Below, piece after piece: positions 10,519 to 18,535 of a DNA stretch of 64,000 bases. Under the pieces are notes generated by a model that searched no databases, had not been told where the DNA came from, and was given only the letters and a program-made list of their open reading frames with translations. The stretch is from Anaerohalosphaeraceae bacterium. GTDB taxonomy: Bacteria > Planctomycetota > Phycisphaerae > Sedimentisphaerales > Anaerohalosphaeraceae. The translations under genes were made by a program, and so were the position numbers. The DNA lies in assembly GCA_050309605.1 (NCBI GenBank), contig JBNRMN010000090.1, positions 15,383 through 79,382 of the forward strand. Direction: 5' to 3'. Position 1 is the first letter of the stretch. Each line of letters starts with the position of its first letter.

Positions 10519-10593
10519 GCTCAAGGGTAAAATGTAAAAGGAAAAATTATGGATTCGGCCGCAGCCGAGGCTATTTGATCAGGAGACAGACGA

Positions 10594-10827
10594 ATGAAAA
10601 AGATACAGATATTGGGAACGGGGTGTCCGAAGTGTAAAAAGCTGGCCGAGAATGCCGAAGCGGCCGTCAAAGCCGCCGGTGTGGCCGCCGAGATTGAAAA
10701 GGTAACACAGATCAACGACATTATGGCAATGGGCGTGATGATGACCCCGGCTCTGGCGATTGACGGCCAGGTTAAAATCGTCGGCAAGGTCGCCTCGCCG
10801 GATGAGATTCAGGCAATGCTAACATGA
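10594..10827 (+). CDS. small redox-active disulfide protein (MTH895-like thioredoxin)
   Basis: IQILGTGCPKC, GVMMTPALAIDG. Confidence 0.92.
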   Translation: MKKIQILGTGCPKCKKLAENAEAAVKAAGVAAEIEKVTQINDIMAMGVMMTPALAIDGQVKIVGKVASPDEIQAMLT

Positions 10828-10897
10828 CAGAAGTCAGAAGTCAAAGGTCAGAGGTCAGAGGCCAGAAGACAGAAGACAGAGGACAGAAGTCAGAAAG
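10828..10897 (+). repeat. tandem heptamer repeat, ~10 x CAGARGN
   Basis: CAGAAGT CAGAAGT CAAAGGT CAGAGGT CAGAGGC CAGAAGA CAGAAGA CAGAGGA CAGAAGT CAGAAAG, read directly. Confidence 0.9.
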
Positions 10898-10906
10898 GGA
10901 CAGACC

Positions 10907-11371
10907 ATGAGTACGATTGTAAAAATGGCAATTGTCGGCGGGTTGATGGCGGCTATCGGGACGGTCGTCGTACTGAAAAACGGCGGAACCTCTACGTGCT
11001 GCCCGCCGGCGACCCATCCGCCCGGCGGCGCCGGTCTGCACGATGAATATGATGAACCGGTACAGATTGCTCCCTCGCCGTCGGGTCTGCCGCGGCTGGT
11101 GGAGTTGGGATCAACGACGTGCATCCCCTGCCAGATGATGAAGCCGATTCTTGAAGAGCTGACGTCCGAGTACGACGGCAGGCTGGAGGTGCAGTTCGTG
11201 GATGTCCACCAAGAACCGGCCAAGGCCGAACAGTTCAAGGTTCGTGTGATCCCGACGCAGGTGTTTCTTGACGCCGACGGCAGCGAGCTGTTTCGCCACG
11301 AAGGCTTCTTTCCGAAAGAGGATATTTTAGCCAAATGGGCCCAACTGGGATTCGATTTTGTTCAGCCATGA
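10907..11371 (+). CDS. membrane-anchored/exported thioredoxin
   Basis: N-terminal hydrophobic segment, TCIPC active site, cis-Pro loop VIPT, extra CC pair near the N-terminus. Confidence 0.9.
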   Translation: MSTIVKMAIVGGLMAAIGTVVVLKNGGTSTCCPPATHPPGGAGLHDEYDEPVQIAPSPSGLPRLVELGSTTCIPCQMMKPILEELTSEYDGRLEVQFVDVHQEPAKAEQFKVRVIPTQVFLDADGSELFRHEGFFPKEDILAKWAQLGFDFVQP

Positions 11372-11395
11372 TCGGTTAAACCCAAAGGCAATACG

Positions 11396-12091
11396 ATGCA
11401 GGAACTGTTTACACAATTGACGCGCGCGGTCGAAGGGGCATGGTTTGCTGCGTTGGCCGCGTCGTTTATCTGGGGCGTGTTGAGTATCGTGCTCAGCCCT
11501 TGCCATCTGGCCAGTATTCCGCTGATTGTCGGATTTATCGAAGGACAGGGGCGCATGACGACACGGCGGGCGTTTGCGGTTTCAACGGCGTTTTCGGTCG
11601 GCATCCTAATCACAATCGCACTGATCGGCGTGGTCACCGCCGTGGCCGGTCGGATGCTGGGCAGTCTCGGTGCGTGGAGCAATTATCTGGTCGCAGCGAT
11701 TTTTTTTCTGGTGGGGTTGTATCTGCTGGATGTGATCCCGATGCCGTTTTCAGCAGCCGGTCCCCAAGGCGTGCGGCGAAAAGGCATCCTCGCGGCGCTG
11801 CTGCTGGGGCTGGTCTTCGGCGTGGCGCTGGGACCGTGCACCTTCGCGTATATGGCGCCGATGCTTGCGATTACGTTTCGGCTGGCCTCGACGGATATAG
11901 GGTACGGCGTGCTGCTGCTGGCGGTGTACGGCATCGGGCATTGTTCGGTTATCGTCTTTGCCGGCACGTTTACAGAAGTGATTCAGCGTTATCTGAACTG
12001 GAATGAATCCTCCAAAGGGGCGGTGGTGGTGAAACGACTCTGCGGCCTGCTCGTGCTGCTCGGCGGCTTGTATATGCTCTATATTGCCTGA
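11396..12091 (+). CDS. ccdA: CcdA/DsbD-type transmembrane electron transporter
   Basis: LSPCHLASIP and GPCT redox cysteines, ~6 TM segments. Confidence 0.9.
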   Translation: MQELFTQLTRAVEGAWFAALAASFIWGVLSIVLSPCHLASIPLIVGFIEGQGRMTTRRAFAVSTAFSVGILITIALIGVVTAVAGRMLGSLGAWSNYLVAAIFFLVGLYLLDVIPMPFSAAGPQGVRRKGILAALLLGLVFGVALGPCTFAYMAPMLAITFRLASTDIGYGVLLLAVYGIGHCSVIVFAGTFTEVIQRYLNWNESSKGAVVVKRLCGLLVLLGGLYMLYIA

Positions 12092-12133
12092 ACACAGTAA
12101 GAACTGGATAATTCAAAACTGAGGAAAAGTCTT

Positions 12134-12832
12134 ATGTCACAACAAGTCAACAGACGTGCATTTATGAATGCGGCCGGTCTGGCTGCGGCGACCGGTCTGG
12201 TCGGTACTTCCGCAATGCAAGCCGAAACGATCAGGCCGGAGGATAAGATTCTCATCATCGGCGTGGCGTGCAGTCCGCGCAAGGGAAAAACCACTTCGGT
12301 GTCGGTTCAGACGGCGCTGAAAGCGGCTGAGACGACCCATCCGCGGATTGAAACGCGGTTTATTGATTTGGGCGGATTGACTATCGGCGGCTGGCAGGGC
12401 GGCGCCAAGCCGGACGCCCCGGCCGAGATTCGCGACGATTTCGACTTGATCATACCTTATTTTGAGGCCCCGAATCTGGGCGGGCTGATTATCGGCTCGC
12501 CGTGCTATTTCCGCAGCATCAGTGCGTTGTGCAAGGCGTTTATGGAACGGCTGTATGTGCTGCGTACGCCGACTATGCGGCTGGAAAACAAGCCCTTGGG
12601 CGCGGTCGGCGTCGGGTCGTTCCGCAACGGCGGACAGGAACTGGTCATCGAGCAGATTCAGACGGCGATGCAGTGTTTTGAGGTGATGGCCGTCGGCGGT
12701 AAACCCAGTGCCCATCAGGGAGCAACGCTCTGGAACAATTGGAACGATGACATTACGAAAGACACCTTTGGCATCGATACTGCCAACAAACTCGGTATCC
12801 GTGTAGCCGAGGCGGCGCTTAAAGTGGTGTAA
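12134..12832 (+). CDS. Tat-signal flavodoxin-fold (FMN reductase family) protein
   Basis: NRRAFM twin-Arg signal; ACSPRKGKTT, GSPCYF, RNGGQE. Confidence 0.85.
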   Translation: MSQQVNRRAFMNAAGLAAATGLVGTSAMQAETIRPEDKILIIGVACSPRKGKTTSVSVQTALKAAETTHPRIETRFIDLGGLTIGGWQGGAKPDAPAEIRDDFDLIIPYFEAPNLGGLIIGSPCYFRSISALCKAFMERLYVLRTPTMRLENKPLGAVGVGSFRNGGQELVIEQIQTAMQCFEVMAVGGKPSAHQGATLWNNWNDDITKDTFGIDTANKLGIRVAEAALKVV

Positions 12833-12915
12833 GTCGTGCCCAGTTGCGATTGCATGTGGTCTGCGTGGAAGTATTTGATACGACAACAAATCCTTGTTTA
12901 GACGGGAGGTTATGT

Positions 12916-13575
12916 ATGGATCGCAGGACATTTGTCAACACGACACTGGCCGCCGGGGCAATGGCGGCGGGTTTGACCTCGACGGTCAAGGCCCAATCGA
13001 ACGAACCGGTCAAGATTCTGGGGGTGGCGTGCAGCCCGCGCAAAGGGATGACGACCGCCGGCGGCATTCATGCCGCCCTGGACGGCGCCCGGGCCTTCAG
13101 CGACCGAATCAAGGTCGAATTTCTTGATCTGGGCGGACTGAAGTTTGCCGGCTGGACGGCGGACGGGACGTTTGATAAGGATGATTTTTCAGAGTTGGTA
13201 TTGCCGAAGCTGACCGATCCGATACCGGCAGGCTTGATCATCGGTTCGCCGGTGTATTTCCGCAATCTCAGTTCGTTGTGTATGGCGTTTCTGGAGCGGC
13301 TTGCGGCGGTGCGAAGCCCGCGGCTGCTGCTGGCCGATACGACAGTCGGCGTGCTGTCGGTCGGGGCCTATCGCAACGGCGGCCAGGAATTGGTCATCGC
13401 CCAGATTCAGGCGGCCATGCTGTGCCATCGCGCCAGGCTTGTCGGCGGCCAGCCGGCCGCCTTTCAGGGGGCAACGCTCTGGAACAACTGGGACGATGAC
13501 ATCTCAAAAGACACCTTCGGACTGGAATCCGCCCGCAAACTCGGCGCCCGTGTGGCCGAAGAGGCACTGAAATAA
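12916..13575 (+). CDS. Tat-signal flavodoxin-fold protein (tandem paralog)
   Basis: GGAGG RBS, then MDRRTFV; ACSPRKGMTT, GSPVYF, RNGGQE, QGATLWNNWDDDI. Confidence 0.85.
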   Translation: MDRRTFVNTTLAAGAMAAGLTSTVKAQSNEPVKILGVACSPRKGMTTAGGIHAALDGARAFSDRIKVEFLDLGGLKFAGWTADGTFDKDDFSELVLPKLTDPIPAGLIIGSPVYFRNLSSLCMAFLERLAAVRSPRLLLADTTVGVLSVGAYRNGGQELVIAQIQAAMLCHRARLVGGQPAAFQGATLWNNWDDDISKDTFGLESARKLGARVAEEALK

Positions 13576-13648
13576 AAAAAGATACAAACGACAAATAAAA
13601 ATGAACCATTTTCTGATTTTGGGCTTGCTTTTTTTCTAATTATCTGTA

Positions 13649-13662
13649 TATATGTACATATA
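13649..13662. promoter_or_regulatory. putative operator of second arsR
   Basis: Perfect 14-bp palindrome TATATGTACATATA upstream of arsR. Confidence 0.55.
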
Positions 13663-13687
13663 CGCATATTTTGTCAACGTTCTTGTG

Positions 13688-14023
13688 ATGATGGACAAAG
13701 AAACAACAATATTAAAGGTTTTGGGTGAACCCAATCGGCTGCGGCTGGCCGTTTTACTGGCAGCCGAAGGTCATCTGTGCGTCTGCCAGTTGGCCGCGGC
13801 GGTGGATGAGCCGGAGTACAAGGTCTCGCGGCACTTGGGGATTATGCGTGCGGCCGGACTGGTCACGGCACGGCGCGAGGGGACGTGGATGTATTATACG
13901 CTGGCCGAGCCGGGCTGTCCGCTCCAGTCGCATTTGATCGCGTTCCTGAAAACGGGCTTTAACAGCCATCCCACCGTTCAATCCGACCGCAAACTTCTCA
14001 AACAGATCAAATGCAAAACATAA
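13688..14023 (+). CDS. arsR: ArsR family repressor
   Basis: LGEPNRLRL, LCVCQL As(III)-binding motif, VSRHL, RREGTWMYY. Heads arsC-arsC-CMD-acr3. Confidence 0.9.
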   Translation: MMDKETTILKVLGEPNRLRLAVLLAAEGHLCVCQLAAAVDEPEYKVSRHLGIMRAAGLVTARREGTWMYYTLAEPGCPLQSHLIAFLKTGFNSHPTVQSDRKLLKQIKCKT

Positions 14024-14065
14024 GAGACCGGCGGTTTATTATCCATTCCCGTTTGGAGGCGAAAA

Positions 14066-14503
14066 ATGGCAAAAAAATTGAACGTCTTGTTTTTATGTAC
14101 CGGAAACTCCTGCCGAAGTCAGATGGCCGAGGGCTGGTGCCGGCACCTCAAGGGCGATATCATCGATGCATACTCGGCGGGTATCGAGACACACGGTCTC
14201 AATCCCAATGCCGTGGCGGTCATGGCCGAGGCGGGGGTGGATATTTCAAAACAACACTCAAAACGTCTGGATCAAGTGAAACACATAGACTTTGATTACG
14301 TCGTGACCGTCTGCGCCCACGCCAACGAAAACTGCCCGATGTTCCCCGGCAAGGCCAACGTTGTCCACGTCGGCTTTGACGACCCGCCGACCCTGGCCAA
14401 GGCCGCCCGGACCGAAGAAGAAGCTCTCGACATCTACCGCCGCGTACGCGATGAGATAAGGGCATTTGTCGCAGAGTTGCCGGAACAATTGAACCGACTG
14501 TGA
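14066..14503 (+). CDS. arsC: thioredoxin-coupled arsenate reductase (LMWP fold)
   Basis: CTGNSCRSQMAEG, VTVC.HANENCP, GFDDP. Confidence 0.95.
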   Translation: MAKKLNVLFLCTGNSCRSQMAEGWCRHLKGDIIDAYSAGIETHGLNPNAVAVMAEAGVDISKQHSKRLDQVKHIDFDYVVTVCAHANENCPMFPGKANVVHVGFDDPPTLAKAARTEEEALDIYRRVRDEIRAFVAELPEQLNRL

Positions 14504-14517
14504 AAGCGAGGTAAACC

Positions 14518-14955
14518 ATGAAGAAGAAAAAACGAATCCTGTTTTTCTGTAAACATAACTCCTGTCGCAGTCAGATGGCCGAGGCCCTCCTGAAACATCA
14601 GGCAGGCAATCGATTTGAGGTTTTCAGTGCGGGGCTGTCGCCTCGTCTGATCCATCCACTTGTCTATACGGTGATGGATGAGGTAGGCATTGACATTCGA
14701 AAACAGACCCCCAAGAGCATCGATCTGTACCTCGGCCGCGAACCGCTTGATGAAATCATTATCGTCTGTCAGGAATCCGAGGCGGAATGTCCCCGGCTGT
14801 ACCCGTTCGCCCTGCACGTCGAACGCTGGCCGCTGCCCGATCCGACCGCCAAAGAGGGAACGCCCGAAGCAATCCTTGACGCCTTTCGCAAAACCCGCGA
14901 CCACATCGAAGACAAAATTGAAATCTGGCTGATGCAGCACAAGGAGACATTGTGA
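14518..14955 (+). CDS. arsC: second arsenate reductase (LMWP fold)
   Basis: CKHNSCRSQMAEA, IVCQESEAECP, WPLPDP. Confidence 0.88.
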   Translation: MKKKKRILFFCKHNSCRSQMAEALLKHQAGNRFEVFSAGLSPRLIHPLVYTVMDEVGIDIRKQTPKSIDLYLGREPLDEIIIVCQESEAECPRLYPFALHVERWPLPDPTAKEGTPEAILDAFRKTRDHIEDKIEIWLMQHKETL

Positions 14956-15161
14956 TGGATGAGAAAATGAAAGAACTGATCGCACTGGGCGCCTCGGTGG
15001 CGTGCAACTGCCACCCGTGCGTTAAATTTCACACCGACAAGGCACGGAAGATGGGCATTGCCGGTGCCGAAATCAAGATGGCCTTCGAAGTCGGCAAAAT
15101 GGTCCGCCAAGGCGCTGCCGCCCAGATGGACAATGTGCTTAACAATTTACCTCAAGAATAA
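14952..15161 (+). CDS. carboxymuconolactone decarboxylase/AhpD-like small protein
   Basis: KELIALGASVACNCHPC. Confidence 0.82.
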   Translation: MMDEKMKELIALGASVACNCHPCVKFHTDKARKMGIAGAEIKMAFEVGKMVRQGAAAQMDNVLNNLPQE

Positions 15162-15174
15162 GGAATAAGGTTAT

Positions 15175-16272
15175 ATGGTTGAAAAACTGGAAACATCAAA
15201 GCTGAATATCTTTGAACGCTATCTGACCATCTGGGTCGCCCTGTGCATCATCGGCGGGATCGTGCTGGGTAAGATCGCCCCGGGCGTGGCCGAGGCACTG
15301 GACGGCATGGCGATTTATGTTGACGGCGCGCCGGTGGTCTCGATTCCGATTGCCATTGCGCTGTTTTTTATGATGTACCCGATCATGGTCAAGATCGACT
15401 TTGCCGAGGTCGTCAAAGCGGGCAAAAGCCCCAAGCCCGTCGGCCTGACGCTGTTTGTCAACTGGTGCGTCAAGCCGTTTACGATGTTTGCCATCGCGTG
15501 GTTTTTTCTCGGCGTGGTCTTTCGCGGATTGATCCCCGGCACAGAGATCGTCAAAGACGGCACGGAGGTTGAGCTGTATCGTTCCTATATTTCCGGAGCC
15601 ATCCTACTGGGCATCGCCCCCTGTACGGCCATGGTGCTGATGTGGGGCTATCTGGCCCGGGGCAATCAAGGCCATACGCTGGTCATGGTTGCGATTAACT
15701 CGCTGACCATGCTTGTCCTGTACGGCCTGCTGGGCGGCTGGCTGCTGGGCGTCAACCAAATGCCTGTGCCTTGGCAGGCGCTGCTTTTGTCGATCGGCAT
15801 CTATGTCGCGCTGCCGCTGGCGGCCGGCTACTTGTCGCGCAAGTGGATCATCACCCACAAGGGGCTGGACTGGTTTCAGGCCAAGTTTCTCCACATCCTG
15901 ACGCCGGTATCCATCATCGCCCTGTTGGGAACCCTGGTGCTGCTGTTTTCGTTCAAGGGCGAGACGATTTTAAACAATCCGCTGACGATTCTTTGGATTG
16001 CCATCCCCCTGTTCATCCAGACGGTGCTTATTTTTGCGATTACGTATGCCTTGGCCAGACTGTTGAAGTTCAGTTACGAAGACGCCGCTCCAACGGCTAT
16101 GATCGGCGCATCCAATCATTTCGAAGTCGCTATCGCCACAGCCACGATGCTGTTCGGTCTGTCCTCCGGTGCGGCCCTGGCCACCGTCGTCGGCGTTTTG
16201 ATCGAAGTACCGGTGATGCTGATGCTGGTCAAGCTCTGCCTTCGCACCAAAGGCTGGTTTAACGTCCCATAA
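15175..16272 (+). CDS. acr3: Acr3 arsenite efflux transporter
   Basis: [45 protein letters not shown]. Confidence 0.96.
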   Translation: MVEKLETSKLNIFERYLTIWVALCIIGGIVLGKIAPGVAEALDGMAIYVDGAPVVSIPIAIALFFMMYPIMVKIDFAEVVKAGKSPKPVGLTLFVNWCVKPFTMFAIAWFFLGVVFRGLIPGTEIVKDGTEVELYRSYISGAILLGIAPCTAMVLMWGYLARGNQGHTLVMVAINSLTMLVLYGLLGGWLLGVNQMPVPWQALLLSIGIYVALPLAAGYLSRKWIITHKGLDWFQAKFLHILTPVSIIALLGTLVLLFSFKGETILNNPLTILWIAIPLFIQTVLIFAITYALARLLKFSYEDAAPTAMIGASNHFEVAIATATMLFGLSSGAALATVVGVLIEVPVMLMLVKLCLRTKGWFNVP

Positions 16273-16389
16273 AAGCGAATCATCGGCGATTAAAATGGGC
16301 CGTAAACAAGTTTCGATAGACGACGTCTTTTGTATGGCTCCCTCTTGTGCCAAGGCCATAAAAACAGAACCAGACAGAGAAAAAGGATA

Positions 16390-16425
16390 AAAAACCCCGT
16401 TGAAGGGGTCAAAAACGGGGTTTTT
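16390..16425. terminator. bidirectional intrinsic terminator between acr3 and tRNA-Ser
   Basis: AAAAACCCCGTT-N12-AACGGGGTTTTT hairpin with A/T tails on both sides. Confidence 0.75.
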
Positions 16426-16441
16426 GGCCGAAAAAGGCCAA

Positions 16442-16526
16442 CGGAGGAGGAGGGATTCGAACCCCCGGTGGGTTGCCCCACAACGGTTTTCAAGACCGTC
16501 ACCTTAAGCCACTCGGTCACTCCTCC
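16442..16526 (-). tRNA. tRNA-Ser (TGA)
   Basis: Reverse complement GGAGGAGTGACCGAGTGGCTTAAGGTG-ACGGT-CTTGAAA-ACCGT-...GGTTCGAATCC...CTCCTCCG; long variable arm. Confidence 0.96.
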
Positions 16527-16805
16527 AAGTCTTTTTTGATAAACGACTTAGACATTAACTACGGCGGCCGCCGTCATCCGTGCCCCTCGTCGTTATCTAT
16601 CGGCTGCCAAAGCTTGAACGTCCACTGACTCTACCTAAAACACGACACGATTGCAAGAAATTTCAGGGAAATCTATCCGGGGGCTTGCTTTCTTTCTTCG
16701 GACTTGACAGCACCGGTACGGCCTTTGGCTTGACCTGGCGGGCGGATTGCGATACAGTACGTCCCGAACAAGACACGGTGACGAAAAACGCAAGGAATAA
16801 TCGCA

Positions 16806-17429
16806 ATGGCACACGACGAACAGGTATTGGTGGTCCGGCGGGAGGCGCTGGAACAGACGGGCATGTTTCAGGGGCTGGCGTTTGATGTGACAGCTCGGCT
16901 GGAGCGGCTGTTTGCCCCCGGCACGGCGCGGTTTATGCCCCGCGACCGGGCCGAGCAGGACCCGAACTTCAAGCAGCTCATCCCTTATGTCATCCTGCGC
17001 TGCGGCGACCGCACCCTCAGCTATGTCCGCGGCAAACGCGCCGGCGAGACGCGGCTGGTCGGCAACCGCTCCATCGGCATCGGCGGGCACATCAACCCGA
17101 TTGACGAGATGGCCCTGTTCGGCGATCTGCGCGAGACCTATCTAAACGCCGTCCAGCGTGAGGTCGATGAAGAGATCCACGTTAAAACCAATTACAGCGA
17201 CCGCATCGCGGCCCTGATTAATGACGACTCCAACGATGTCGGTTCGGTGCATTTGGGCGTGGTGCATATCTGGACACTGGACAGCGACCAGATCGAAAAA
17301 CGCGAACAGATGATTACCCAGATGGGCTTTATGACCACCGACGAACTGCTGGCCGTGCGGGACACAATGGAAACCTGGTCGCAACTGTGTCTGGACGGAC
17401 TGATCGCAGCGGCAGGACGACAACAATGA
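16806..17429 (+). CDS. Nudix-related predicted phosphoesterase
   Basis: AEQDPNFKQLIPY, SIGIGGHIN, REVDEE, VHLG, METWS. Confidence 0.8.
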   Translation: MAHDEQVLVVRREALEQTGMFQGLAFDVTARLERLFAPGTARFMPRDRAEQDPNFKQLIPYVILRCGDRTLSYVRGKRAGETRLVGNRSIGIGGHINPIDEMALFGDLRETYLNAVQREVDEEIHVKTNYSDRIAALINDDSNDVGSVHLGVVHIWTLDSDQIEKREQMITQMGFMTTDELLAVRDTMETWSQLCLDGLIAAAGRQQ

Positions 17430-18535
17430 CGCAGATGATTTTTTCGGCGATGATGCTGCCGGTCGCGGCACTGGCGGTCTGTGCGGTGCTGACTGCGATG
17501 GTGCGGCGTCAGGCGGTGCGGCGGTCATTCGTCGCCCGACCGCAGCAGGATCGTTATCATCGGTCGATCATCGCGCTGGGCGGGGGAATCGCGATTTTCT
17601 GGACGCTGGCGGCCTTTCTGCTCGGCGGGGCGGTCGTCGTTCGCTTTGGTCTGGCCCCGGGACACCTGGACGGGTGGCTCTCGCCGAAGCTGCTGGTGCA
17701 TACCGAAGGATTTCTGGAGAAACTGCCGGATTTGATGGTGGTTCTGGCCGCGGCCCTGGTGCTGCATCTGCTGGGATTGTGGGACGACCAAAAACACCTC
17801 GGCCCGTATGTCAAACTGGCGGTGCAGTTTGCCGCCGCAGCCATCGCGGCGATCTGGGCCGATGTGCGCGTGGAGATGTTTATCGAAAACAAGGTTATCA
17901 CGACGATCCTGTCGGTCTTCTGGATCGTCCTGATCATCAATGTGTTTAATTTTCTGGACAATATGGACGGCCTCAGCGCCGGCATTGCCGCCATCGCCGC
18001 GGCAGTGCTGATGGCGGCGGCCTTTCGCAGCGGACAGGTCTTTGTCGGCGCGATGGGATTGGTCTTTCTGGGGACCTTGGCGGGTTTTCTGGTGTTCAAC
18101 TTTCCGCCGGCGACTATCTTTATGGGCGACGCCGGCTCGATGGTGGTGGGCTTTTTCGTGGGGCTGCTGACGCTGCGCACCACGTATTATAATCCGCAGA
18201 TCGGCACACCGCTGTATTCGGTCTTTATGCCGGCGGTGGTGATGGCCGTGCCGCTGTATGATTTTGTGACGGTCACCTTTTTGCGGCTTCGGCAGGGCAA
18301 AAGCCCGTTTGTCGGCGACACCCAGCATTTTTCGCATCGGCTCCAGCGCCGCGGCCTGTCCGACCGGCAGGTTGCGCTGACGCTGTATCTGGCAACGCTG
18401 TGCACCGGCCTGGGCGGCATTATTCTTCAGCAGGTCAGTCCGGTCGGCGCGGTACTGGTGTTTACCCAAACGATATTGATACTGGTCATTGTCGGCATTC
18501 TTGAGGCCACATCAAACAACGGACGAAGTCATTGA
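17426..18535 (+). CDS. MraY/WecA-family polyprenyl-phosphate GlcNAc-1-P transferase
   Basis: LGLWDD, NVFNFLDNMDGL, NFPPATIFMGDAGS, HFSHRL. Confidence 0.92.
   Translation: MTQMIFSAMMLPVAALAVCAVLTAMVRRQAVRRSFVARPQQDRYHRSIIALGGGIAIFWTLAAFLLGGAVVVRFGLAPGHLDGWLSPKLLVHTEGFLEKLPDLMVVLAAALVLHLLGLWDDQKHLGPYVKLAVQFAAAAIAAIWADVRVEMFIENKVITTILSVFWIVLIINVFNFLDNMDGLSAGIAAIAAAVLMAAAFRSGQVFVGAMGLVFLGTLAGFLVFNFPPATIFMGDAGSMVVGFFVGLLTLRTTYYNPQIGTPLYSVFMPAVVMAVPLYDFVTVTFLRLRQGKSPFVGDTQHFSHRLQRRGLSDRQVALTLYLATLCTGLGGIILQQVSPVGAVLVFTQTILILVIVGILEATSNNGRSH

Noticed and set aside
8668..16272. Selenocysteine read-through in the ars/redox genes
   Set aside because: The redox motifs are complete with Cys, and no TGA interrupts a conserved motif in the translations provided.
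16527..16549. AAGTC-N13-GACTT inverted repeat abutting the 5' end of tRNA-Ser as an att/dif site
   Set aside because: The arms are only 5 bp, I saw no second copy, and there is no recombinase; it cannot be supported from this window.
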